A stretch of 64,000 bases of DNA from Methanotrichaceae archaeon (GTDB taxonomy: Archaea; Halobacteriota; Methanosarcinia; Methanotrichales; Methanotrichaceae). The notes beneath the pieces were generated by a model. It saw only the letters and a list, made by a program, of their open reading frames with translations, did no database searches and was not told the origin of the DNA. The position numbers were made by a program, and so were the translations under genes. Shown here one piece after another: positions 31,300 to 40,029 of the stretch. Each line of letters begins with the position of its first letter. Position 1 is the first letter of the stretch. The DNA lies in the NCBI GenBank assembly GCA_963754945.1, contig CAVWIG010000028.1:166130-230129 (forward strand). Reading direction: 5' to 3'.

Positions 31300-32331
31300 A
31301 TGGATCAAGGTCATGGCTTCATGTGCAATAGCGAGAAGATAAGGACTACGATACCGGTTAAGGACCGGAACGTGTCAGATCTGGTAAAGGACATGGGATG
31401 CATGGGGTTTCAGGGAGGGCAGCTAGGGGCATCCCTGCGAGTATGGGAACGCATGCTTGACGAGGATGTGACTATCTTCCTAGGACTAGCAGGAGCGATG
31501 GTTCCAGCCGGATTGGGCGAGTTCATAGCCTATCTAATTCGGGAGCGCCTTGTAGACTGCCTTGTCAGCACCGGAGCAAACCTCTTTCACGACCTATGCG
31601 AGGGCCTGGGGATAGTCCATTATCATGGAAGCGCTTGTGCAGATGACGCCTACTTGAATGAGTGCAAGATCGACAGGATCTATGACGTCTTCGTATCAGA
31701 GATAGAGCTGCACAAGGCCGACAATTACATATCCGACTTCGTGAAGGCTCTGAGCAGAGAGCGTCGCTACTCTTCGCGCGAGCTCATGCACATGGTGGGA
31801 AAGGATCTGCCAGACACAACGATACTTGGGGCTGCGCACAAAGCCAACGTGCCTATATTCGTTCCGGCTCTGGGAGATAGCTCCTGGGGAATAGGGATGG
31901 TCATGGCCTACCGTGAAGGCCAGAAGGTTATGGTTGATCAGATCAAGGACGTGGACGAGATCACGCAAATGGTAGAGAGATCCTCTAAAACCGGCGTGAT
32001 CTACATCGGCGGAGGCGTACCTAAGAACTTCATACAGCAGACAGAAGTGATAGCCGAGCTGATCGGCAACTACTCAGGCGGCCACAGCTATGCTATTCAG
32101 TACACCACAGATGCGCCGCACTGGGGAGGACTTTCTGGCTGCACTTTTGAGGAGGCAGTCTCCTGGGGCAAGGTGGCAAAGGAGGCGAGCAAGGTGCAGG
32201 TCTTCTCCGATGCCACTATAACTGTGCCTGTAGTAGTCCAGGCCTTGAAAGCCTCGGGCCATGGGCGAAAGAGTCATCCGGTTTATGATTGGACTGAGTC
32301 AGACCTGAAGCTCAAATATGAGAGAAGATGA
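31300..32331 (+). CDS. Deoxyhypusine synthase / SpeY-like homospermidine-biosynthesis protein
   Basis: STGANLFHD, IDRIYD, GGGVPKNF, GGLSGCTFEEAVSWGK (active-site Lys), SDATI. Confidence 0.88.
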   Translation: MDQGHGFMCNSEKIRTTIPVKDRNVSDLVKDMGCMGFQGGQLGASLRVWERMLDEDVTIFLGLAGAMVPAGLGEFIAYLIRERLVDCLVSTGANLFHDLCEGLGIVHYHGSACADDAYLNECKIDRIYDVFVSEIELHKADNYISDFVKALSRERRYSSRELMHMVGKDLPDTTILGAAHKANVPIFVPALGDSSWGIGMVMAYREGQKVMVDQIKDVDEITQMVERSSKTGVIYIGGGVPKNFIQQTEVIAELIGNYSGGHSYAIQYTTDAPHWGGLSGCTFEEAVSWGKVAKEASKVQVFSDATITVPVVVQALKASGHGRKSHPVYDWTESDLKLKYERR

Positions 32332-32557
32332 GCATTCAAAATATGAGAGAATGATGCGAGAATATGAGCGTATTCAAAACCGCCATATTCTCGATGCATA
32401 ATTTTTGTGCGCTCTCTTACGCTACTGATTGATGACTGTTCCTTGAGCCTAGAATAACAAATCAAGACCCCTTTTTGCGCTGAAACCTCTCGAGAAGACG
32501 GCTAACAGAAAAGAATCAATGGAAGGTAGCTGATTTCTGAAAATGCGTAGTTGTGCA

Positions 32558-32632
32558 TGGGGCCGGGACCGGGATTCGAACCCAGCTCGAGGGATCCACA
32601 GTCCCTCAGGATAACCACTACCCTATCCCGGC
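32558..32632 (-). tRNA. tRNA-His (GTG), CCA encoded
   Basis: GCCGGGA/TCCCGGC acceptor stem, AGGGA-CT-GTG-GA-TCCCT anticodon arm, GGTTCGAATCC, C discriminator followed by CCA. Confidence 0.95.
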
Positions 32633-32884
32633 GCGCCAGGGTTTTGACTCACTGCTGAGAGATAAAACTTTCCCCGTCCGCGTAGGACCAATTTGCTACT
32701 TTCCATGGATTACAGGGTTACCAAATGTTTATGCAACGACACAACCAGGAAGCGCGGAGATATCCACCAGCCGGTGTCAGACGAATTCAGTTTGTCATCG
32801 ATAGATGAACTCAACTATCTTTTCCTTACACAATTTAGGAATCTGATATTGATTCATGTCTGAACCTGAGTATCGGGAAATGAA

Positions 32885-32948
32885 ATGAGAAAAGGAGGGA
32901 TAGCAAAAGTCAGTGATGTAGGAGGGATATGGTGACCGACTTTTGCCT
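32885..32948 (-). ncRNA. Candidate sRNA copy 1 (hairpin with anti-SD-like loop)
   Basis: 13-bp stem GGCAAAAGUCGGU/ACUGACUUUUGCU, loop contains UCCCUCCUAC, tail AUCCCUCCUUUU; BRE-TATA CGAAAAC-TTTATAAT at 32985-32971. Confidence 0.6.
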
Positions 32949-33162
32949 TGTGCTATTACGTCACTTGCCGATTATAAAGTTTTCGGTTAAGGCGATCAGC
33001 GTACTTAGCATCAGCATTTGGGATCGATTGTTTTCTCAAGAATATAAAAGCAAAGCTAGATGTTAGGGGTTGTTTTGACTTTTCAGATGTAGCACTAAAG
33101 GAGGCGAATATCCCACAGTGGCCCTCGAAAAATCACCTTTGAGAACTCCAAAATCCAATAAT

Positions 33163-33224
33163 GAATAAGAGGGAGGCAAAAGTCTGTGGTGTAGGAGGGA
33201 GAAAATAGATATCGACTTTTACCT
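33163..33224 (-). ncRNA. Candidate sRNA copy 2
   Basis: Stem AGGUAAAAGUC/GACUUUUGCCU, loop contains UCCCUCCUAC, tail CCCUCUUAUU; BRE-TATA CGAAAGA-TTTATATC at 33260-33246. Confidence 0.6.
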
Positions 33225-33332
33225 AATCTTAGTACGGCATATGACGATATAAATCTTTCGGTAAGTATGCAAGAAAGCATAAGCTCGCAAATTTCCTGAA
33301 GGATTAATCAGTTGCAGACATCATTCATGGAT

Positions 33333-33395
33333 ATGAAAAGGAGGGGGAGCAAAAGTCAGGGAACGTAGAAGGATGATTATGATTGCCTTTTGCCT
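33333..33395 (-). ncRNA. Candidate sRNA copy 3
   Basis: Stem GGCAAAAGGCA/UGACUUUUGCU, loop contains UCCUUCUAC, tail CCCCCUCCUUUU; BRE-TATA CGAAAAC-TATATATT at 33433-33419. Confidence 0.55.
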
Positions 33396-33623
33396 GTGGA
33401 TAGTTACGGCGTTAAACGAATATATAGTTTTCGCCAATCGACGTACATAGATATCAGACAGCCATAGAAGGACAGATATCCACAACAGTAATATTGACAG
33501 AGACACAAAGAACAATATGTTTATGAGAACCATAGGCGGCCTTCTTCGACGCCTCGGCTTTTCGGAGTGGCCGGGAATAGCGACATGAAAAAAGAACCAT
33601 TAAATTGAGCGGACGCTAGTGAA

Positions 33624-34565
33624 ATGATGATTTACACCATTACCCTCAACCCTGCCCTGGACAGGACCATCTGGATTGATAGAATAAGGGACGATGTGTC
33701 CAATCGCATCATCGATGAACGGAGATACGCGGGGGGCAAGAGCATAGACGTCTCCAAGGTGTTGAAGAACTTCGGCGTAGACAACATCGCCCTCGGGTTT
33801 GTTGGCGGGTTCGCGGGAAGGGAGCTGGAGGGCAGGTTGCTCAACGATGGGATACAGACAAACTTTGTTCGTGTCTCAGGTGAGACCCGTACCAACATCA
33901 TAATACATGAAAAAGAGACCGGCAGACAACTCGCCTTCAACGCCCTTGGTCCTGAGATTCGTCCCAGCGAGCTGATGCAGCTCGTAGAGCAGATAGAGCT
34001 TCTTCCCTGTCCAGATGTTGTGACCATAGGAGGCAGCCTGCCACCCGGCGTCAGCCCTGAGATCTACCGCAAGATAATAATGTTGGTCGGCAGATGTCGA
34101 GCCCGTGTTGTCCTGGACGTGGATGGCCCTGGCCTCCTTTCTGGTATCAAGGCCCATCCCAACATCATCAAGCCAAACATTCACGAACTTAGTGAGCTGG
34201 TGGGGCACGATCTGAAGGAGATGAACGAGATAGTCGAAGCGGCCAGGCAGATAAACAGGGATGGTGTGGAGGTTGTCTTAGTTTCCATGGGCGCAAAGGG
34301 GATTCTGCTTGTTGCTAAGGGAGTTGAATGCGTCGCTATACCTCCTGAGGTAAAGGTGGAGAACACCATTGGTGCAGGGGACTCGGCGGTGGCAGGGTTC
34401 GTCTACGGCCTGGTCAACGGCAAAGACCTGAAGGAGTCACTTGTTCTTGCTGCCGCCGCAGGGACGGCTACGACTTTGCGTTTGGGAACCGCGTTGTCCA
34501 AGAAAGAGGATTTCCTCAATCTGGTTCCCCAGGTTAGGCTTAACGTATTGCAGGGCGGTGCTTGA
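33624..34565 (+). CDS. pfkB: 1-phosphofructokinase-family (PfkB) hexose kinase
   Basis: YTITLNPALD, GGKSIDVS, IKPNIHEL, NTIGAGDS. Confidence 0.9.
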   Translation: MMIYTITLNPALDRTIWIDRIRDDVSNRIIDERRYAGGKSIDVSKVLKNFGVDNIALGFVGGFAGRELEGRLLNDGIQTNFVRVSGETRTNIIIHEKETGRQLAFNALGPEIRPSELMQLVEQIELLPCPDVVTIGGSLPPGVSPEIYRKIIMLVGRCRARVVLDVDGPGLLSGIKAHPNIIKPNIHELSELVGHDLKEMNEIVEAARQINRDGVEVVLVSMGAKGILLVAKGVECVAIPPEVKVENTIGAGDSAVAGFVYGLVNGKDLKESLVLAAAAGTATTLRLGTALSKKEDFLNLVPQVRLNVLQGGA

Positions 34566-34566
34566 T

Positions 34567-35496
34567 ATGACTAAAGAGAAAATACCTGTTCTTTTGGATG
34601 TTCCAGCAGAGATGCGCCAGAGGTTCAGAAAGAACTACGTCAAGATCACAAAGGGCTCCGGGAGGCTAATGCTCTATGCAGGAGACCAGAAGGTGGAGCA
34701 CTTAAACGACGACTTTTTCGGTCCTGGGATAGCTCCTGAGGATAACGATCCTGAACATCTTTTCATGATAGCAAGCCGGGCCCGAATAGGCGTCTATGCG
34801 ACTCAAATGGGCCTGATTGCCAGGTACGGCACTGATTACCCGGAAGTGCCCTATCTGGTGAAGCTTAACTCCAAGACAAACCTCGTGAAGACCTCAGAGG
34901 CTGATCCATTCAGCTCCCAGTGGCTGGACGTCCAACAAGTCGATGACTTCCGAGAAGAGAGCGGCCTGAAGATCCTGGGAGTGGGGTATACCGTCTATCT
35001 CGGAAGCGATCATGAGGCGGAGATTCTGCGCCAGGCAGCGCAGCTTGTCTACGAAGCCCACCGGCTTGGATATGTTACCGTCCTTTGGATGTACCCGCGG
35101 GGCAGGGCTGTTAAAGACGAAAAAGATCCGCACCTGGTCGCCGGGGCAGCCGGCGTTGCAGCCGCGCTAGGTAGCGACTTTGCCAAGGTCAACTACCCAG
35201 AGAAGCCGGGGTTTGAATCTAGCCAGGTGTTCAAGGAGGCTGTGCAGGCTGCAGGCAGGACCAAGGTGGTTTGCGCCGGAGGGGCGAGCCTCGATGTGAA
35301 GTCCTTCCTGCAGCGGCTCCACGACCAGATCCATATCAGTGGTGCCTCAGGAAATGCCACGGGCAGGAACATCCACCAGAAGCCTCTGGACGAAGCAATC
35401 AGGTTCAGCAACGCCATCTACGCCATTACCGTGGAGGACGCAAGCGTCGAGGCAGCCTTGAAGATATATAATTCAGAGATAAATTCAGAGAATTAA
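34567..35496 (+). CDS. fbaB: Class I fructose-bisphosphate aldolase (DhnA/FbaB type)
   Basis: AGDQKVEH, VKLNSKT, LWMYPRG, DFAKVNYP (Schiff-base Lys), ATGRNIHQ. Confidence 0.88.
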   Translation: MTKEKIPVLLDVPAEMRQRFRKNYVKITKGSGRLMLYAGDQKVEHLNDDFFGPGIAPEDNDPEHLFMIASRARIGVYATQMGLIARYGTDYPEVPYLVKLNSKTNLVKTSEADPFSSQWLDVQQVDDFREESGLKILGVGYTVYLGSDHEAEILRQAAQLVYEAHRLGYVTVLWMYPRGRAVKDEKDPHLVAGAAGVAAALGSDFAKVNYPEKPGFESSQVFKEAVQAAGRTKVVCAGGASLDVKSFLQRLHDQIHISGASGNATGRNIHQKPLDEAIRFSNAIYAITVEDASVEAALKIYNSEINSEN

Positions 35497-35508
35497 CCTG
35501 AGGACAAT

Positions 35509-36225
35509 ATGCCCGAGTTGATCCTGCTCAGACACGGCCAGAGCCTGTGGAACCGAGAGGAAAGGTTCACGGGCTGGGCCGACATCGACCTTTCCGATGA
35601 GGGCAAGGAAGAGGCCAGGCACGCCGGCAGGTTGCTCAAAACCTGCGGATACTCCTTCGATTTGGCCTACACCTCTTTTCTCAAACGTGCAATCAGGACT
35701 CTGTGGATAGTCCAGGAAGAGATGGACTTGATGTGGATTCCCGTCTTTCCCTCCTGGCGGCTTAATGAGAGGAACTACGGCGCTCTTCAGGGGTGCAGAA
35801 AGAAAGAGATCGAAAGGAGGTACGGAGCCCAGGCGGTCCATAGATGGCGCAGGGGTTACGTTGAGACGCCGCCAGCCATAGATGAGAGAGATGAACGATA
35901 TCCTGCCAAAGATCCTAGGTACGAGATGCTGAAAGGTAATATCCCCAGGGCTGAATCCCTCAAAGACACTCTGAAACGTTTGTTGCCCCTTTGGCAGGAC
36001 AAGATAGCACCAGATCTGCTAGTCGGAAAAAAGGTCTTCATCTCGGCTCACGGAAACACAATCCGGGCTCTGGTTAAGCACATCGACGACATCTCAGATC
36101 AGGACATAGAGGACGTGGAAGTACCGACCGGGATTCCTTTGGTCTACCTACTTGACGATGAGCTTAGGCCCAAGGCGCACTTTTATCTCCATGACGAGGA
36201 ATCCAGAAAAGACCCTCATGATTAG
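35509..36225 (+). CDS. gpmA: 2,3-bisphosphoglycerate-dependent phosphoglycerate mutase
   Basis: LLRHGQSLWN, FTGWAD, LNERNYGALQG, AHGNTIR, PTGIPLVY. Confidence 0.95.
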   Translation: MPELILLRHGQSLWNREERFTGWADIDLSDEGKEEARHAGRLLKTCGYSFDLAYTSFLKRAIRTLWIVQEEMDLMWIPVFPSWRLNERNYGALQGCRKKEIERRYGAQAVHRWRRGYVETPPAIDERDERYPAKDPRYEMLKGNIPRAESLKDTLKRLLPLWQDKIAPDLLVGKKVFISAHGNTIRALVKHIDDISDQDIEDVEVPTGIPLVYLLDDELRPKAHFYLHDEESRKDPHD

Positions 36226-36275
36226 CTAGCATGATTAGCTAGCATAATTTAGCCAGCGTGACTAGTCCGCTAGCT
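36218..36275. repeat. 13-bp tandem repeat (atgattagctagc x2 plus degenerate copies) spanning the gpmA stop
   Basis: Directly visible in the sequence. Confidence 0.7.
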
Positions 36276-36337
36276 CTCTCCCGACCAATCTTTTTTTAAC
36301 GCTCCGATGATATCCAATTGTCAGGAGATAAATTGAG

Positions 36338-37285
36338 ATGGCTTACTCTGTGGAGCTCATATCCATTGGAAGAAAGTGCGAGATGGTCGAACATTATAGC
36401 AGCAAGGCTCTCCACGAAGTGAAATCCGATGTATACGGGTGCTGTATAAAGCTGTTAACGGGCAAACGTCCTGTAAAAGACCGCTGGGAGGAGAATTTCT
36501 ATTTTGCCTCTCAGAGCATACGCTCTCATGGACGTCTTTACGTTGTAGAAGATCCGTCGGAGGAAGAGAACACCGTCTACTACGATCCTCAGTCTAAGAC
36601 CGCCTTCCTCATCAACATCGATTACTACGGCTGGATAAAATCGCTGGCTTTAAGCCTGGCAGGTGATGTTCTGGAGGATGAACACGACATTTACTCTGTC
36701 CACGGGGCATGCCTGGATATTCGAGGCAAAGGCGTCTGCCTGCTCGGTGGTTCGGGGGCAGGAAAGACCACCCACACGTACGGTCTGCTCAGGAGCCCGG
36801 AAGTCCGAGTTGTCTCAGATGACTGGTTCTACGCCCGGATCTACGGAGATAACATCCTGGCTTACGGCTCGGAAAAGAACTTCTACATCAGAGCGGACTT
36901 GGCGACGATATGGAAAGATTTCGATGGACTTGTCAAGGGCGCAGAGTTCGACGACCTAGGCCGGGCGGTCGTGGATTTGAGGCAAGTGATAGGAAAAGGA
37001 AGAATACTGCCCCTGACGACCTTGGACACATTGATAATCCTGAAGAGGGATCAGGAAGACAAAGAGTCCGTGAAGAAGCTAGAAACAGCCGATGCCCTGA
37101 GGATTCTGGAGGATAATGATTACTTCAATCCGCATTTCCTTGTAAAAAACGAAATCAAGCGAAATCTTCGCAGCGGTTTCTTTGAGGCTCTGCTATCCAG
37201 GACAAATGTCTACCAGATCAACACCACCGGGACACCGGAGGAGAGCCAGAGTATCATAAAGAAGATAGCTTGTTTGAAATCCTGA
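36338..37285 (+). CDS. HPr-kinase/PEPCK-like P-loop protein of unknown function
   Basis: VHGACL, GGSGAGKTT Walker A, VVSDDW acidic pair. Confidence 0.75.
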   Translation: MAYSVELISIGRKCEMVEHYSSKALHEVKSDVYGCCIKLLTGKRPVKDRWEENFYFASQSIRSHGRLYVVEDPSEEENTVYYDPQSKTAFLINIDYYGWIKSLALSLAGDVLEDEHDIYSVHGACLDIRGKGVCLLGGSGAGKTTHTYGLLRSPEVRVVSDDWFYARIYGDNILAYGSEKNFYIRADLATIWKDFDGLVKGAEFDDLGRAVVDLRQVIGKGRILPLTTLDTLIILKRDQEDKESVKKLETADALRILEDNDYFNPHFLVKNEIKRNLRSGFFEALLSRTNVYQINTTGTPEESQSIIKKIACLKS

Positions 37286-37430
37286 ATCACAGGGCAGCGA
37301 TAGACTCGCTTGACGGCATTGATTTGTTTCACCATTATGAAGTCGCGATTTCGAAATATTAGAGCAGCTTTTATCTACAAAAAGGTAGAACTACTATTAT
37401 CGATCTTTTTGAGGTTACCTGGTGACAAGG

Positions 37431-39053
37431 ATGAAATGTGGGAGGCCGGTCATTATAGTCTTCTTATTATTTTCCCTCATATTCCTATCCGGATGCATAT
37501 TCCAGTCAAAATCCCCGGCAAACACAGTAGAGATAAAAGGCGGCTCCTTTCAGCCAAGTTCAATTACAGTTACCATGGGAACCACAGTTACATGGAAAAA
37601 CCTCGGCGGTGCCAATGAGACCATAACCTGCCCAGATGCTTCCTTCAGCTCGGGAAACATACCCATCGGTTATGAGTTCAGGTTTACTTTCTTGCAGACA
37701 GGAGTTTACAAATATTATTTCAAGAACGACAGATCGATGTTCGGTGTTGTTGTAGTGACGGCCCCTGATGGCTCTCTGCCCAATGATCAGGGGAATATGC
37801 CGGGTATGAACGCATCAAAACCAACCTCCCCGATGGACAACGGAGCGGCAGTCGAGCCAGCGATGCCCGTTTCTGTGGAGATCAAGGGCTTTGCCTTTAA
37901 TCCTAATTCGACAACCGTGCCCATAGGGACGACAGTCACCTGGAAGAACGACGACTCAGTGTCCCACACAGTGACCAGCATGAACGGCGAGTTTGGCTCT
38001 GACGTCCTGAGACAAGGCCAGGAGTTCAGTCACACCTTCATGAATCCAGGAACCTACGATTACAGATGTGCGATTCATCCATACATGCAGGCGCAGGTAA
38101 TCGTGACGGCTTCTCGGGGCGCCCAGCCAATACACACAGGGACGGACGGAACCGCGGCCAACTCGTCGCAAGCGACAGCGACTGAAATTAATTTTGAGGG
38201 CAAAACGATAGAGCCTGTATCGACAACTTCTCCACAACCATCCACGAGAGTAACTGTGGATCTCCTGGCCAAGGAGATGAATTTTGACAGGGACAACATC
38301 ACGGTCATCGCCGGAGCCCAGGTCAACATAAACTTCGTTAACCTGGACCGTGGAGTTCCTCACAATTTTGCCTTGTATGCAAATTCAGCAGCCAAGACGG
38401 TCATCTTCCAGGGACGTGTCTTGATAGGTCCTGGAAAGATCACTTACACCTTCAACGCACCGGTCGATCCCGGCGTATATTTCTTCAGGTGCGACGTACA
38501 CCCAAAGGTCATGTACGGTCAGTTCATCGTCCTGCCGAGTGAGGGTGTTTGGCCCTCAGCTCCACAAGTCGCGCCCGCGGTAAGCCAGATCTCGATGAAA
38601 ATGCCTGTTTCTGAGGCATCGGCGGGAAATGTTACCGGGAAAAATGCAATGATAGCTAATACTACAAAGGCAAACACAACAGAGCCTAACGCAACTGCGA
38701 TTAATGAATCCGGGTCAGGGCAAGAGAGCAATACTGTTGATCTTGTAGCGGAGAACATAGCCTTCGATAAGAGCTTGATAACGGTACCATCTGGAGCGCA
38801 TGTCACAGTTAACTTCGTCAACCGGGACAGTGGCGTACCTCACACCTTCTCTGTTTACAAAACAGCAGCGGCACAGAATGTCATTTTCCGGGGTCAGGCC
38901 GTGACAGGCCTAGCGAAGATCAAGTACAACTTCGATGCGCCGACCGATCCCGGGACGTATTTCTTCAGATGTGACATACACCCTACGCAGATGACGGGCC
39001 AATTCATTGTTATTGCCTCCGGCAATGCGACCAAACAGGCAAACATGACTTAA
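37431..39053 (+). CDS. Multi-domain cupredoxin (4 domains), probable lipoprotein
   Basis: LSGC lipobox; domains 2-4 have H...C-x2-HP-x1-2-M type-1 Cu ligands, domain 1 lacks them. Confidence 0.85.
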   Translation: MKCGRPVIIVFLLFSLIFLSGCIFQSKSPANTVEIKGGSFQPSSITVTMGTTVTWKNLGGANETITCPDASFSSGNIPIGYEFRFTFLQTGVYKYYFKNDRSMFGVVVVTAPDGSLPNDQGNMPGMNASKPTSPMDNGAAVEPAMPVSVEIKGFAFNPNSTTVPIGTTVTWKNDDSVSHTVTSMNGEFGSDVLRQGQEFSHTFMNPGTYDYRCAIHPYMQAQVIVTASRGAQPIHTGTDGTAANSSQATATEINFEGKTIEPVSTTSPQPSTRVTVDLLAKEMNFDRDNITVIAGAQVNINFVNLDRGVPHNFALYANSAAKTVIFQGRVLIGPGKITYTFNAPVDPGVYFFRCDVHPKVMYGQFIVLPSEGVWPSAPQVAPAVSQISMKMPVSEASAGNVTGKNAMIANTTKANTTEPNATAINESGSGQESNTVDLVAENIAFDKSLITVPSGAHVTVNFVNRDSGVPHTFSVYKTAAAQNVIFRGQAVTGLAKIKYNFDAPTDPGTYFFRCDIHPTQMTGQFIVIASGNATKQANMT

Positions 39054-39155
39054 AAATCGGCCTAAAGGAACTGAACCACCGGCAAAATTCAAAAATTATT
39101 TATCCTATAATGAGCCAAACCAATCACGCAGAAAGCAAAAAGAGTTGAGGTTAAG

Positions 39156-39662
39156 ATGAAAAGAAATGGACTTATTGTTCTCTCGATGTTGTTAATATTG
39201 TCAATAAACCTCGGTATTTGTGCTGATATAAGCCAGCCAGGTGCGATCACAGTTGATATCAAGGGCTTTTCCTTTCAGCCTAACTCAATTACGGTGCAGG
39301 TTGGGACAAGTGTCACATGGGTCAACCAAGATTCAGTAGACCATACGATAACCCTCGATGACGGCAAATTCGATTCTGGGAACATGAAAAGCGGCAGCGA
39401 GTTCAAGTTTGCATTCTCACAGCCTGGAACATATAGTTACCACTGTAGCATTCATCCATCCATGATAGGCGTCGTGACGGTGACTTCGGATCAAAAGGAC
39501 AGCGAGCAGTCGGCAGCGGCGAACAAAAGTGCAGTGCAACCGACCGCATCAAACGCTACTGGGACGTCAGCGCCTGCTGCCAAGCAGCCAGGATTCGAGG
39601 GCATCTTCGCAGTATCAAGCATCCTAGCGGCTGGATACCTGTTATCTGCTAAGAAGCAGTAG
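39156..39662 (+). CDS. Cupredoxin (plastocyanin/amicyanin-like) with PGF-CTERM sorting signal
   Basis: Signal peptide; DHTIT...YHCSIHPSM; C-terminal QPGFEGIFAVSSILAAGYLLSAKKQ. Confidence 0.88.
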   Translation: MKRNGLIVLSMLLILSINLGICADISQPGAITVDIKGFSFQPNSITVQVGTSVTWVNQDSVDHTITLDDGKFDSGNMKSGSEFKFAFSQPGTYSYHCSIHPSMIGVVTVTSDQKDSEQSAAANKSAVQPTASNATGTSAPAAKQPGFEGIFAVSSILAAGYLLSAKKQ

Positions 39663-40029
39663 GAGACTATCTTAGGGATTATTCAGATAGTAGCATTCCT
39701 AGTTGTGGTATACTTAGTGTTATATAAGCTGTATTATGAAATTTTTGATAAAGGATTTTTCATATAGCCACAACTAAGGAATTGATCCTGTGGAGATGAG
39801 GCCGAAAATCGAAGGAAAGATGGGCCTAGTCGAATCATTTATATAATTATCTTGATAATAGTAGCGAGGCGAGATTATTACATGTCAAGACGACCTGATC
39901 GAGTTCAGAGAAGCAATGAAGAATCTCAAAAAGGAGAAAGGCAGAAATGATCTGCCGTCTGAGACTGAGATGTCGAAAAACGATAACTGAATTGATCGGT
40001 CATGACAGCGGTTCCTGATCGACTCGTTG

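Noticed and set aside
32880-33435. CRISPR array interpretation of the repeats
   Set aside because: Units are long, diverged and irregularly spaced, each has its own promoter, and no cas genes are nearby
32929-33444. Plus-strand small ORFs after the GGAGG motifs (MVTDFCLVLL..., MIMIAFCLWI...) as type I toxin peptides
   Set aside because: Copy 2 has no start codon, frames diverge between copies after FCL, and the conserved elements are promoter and stem sequences; not fully excluded without Ribo-seq
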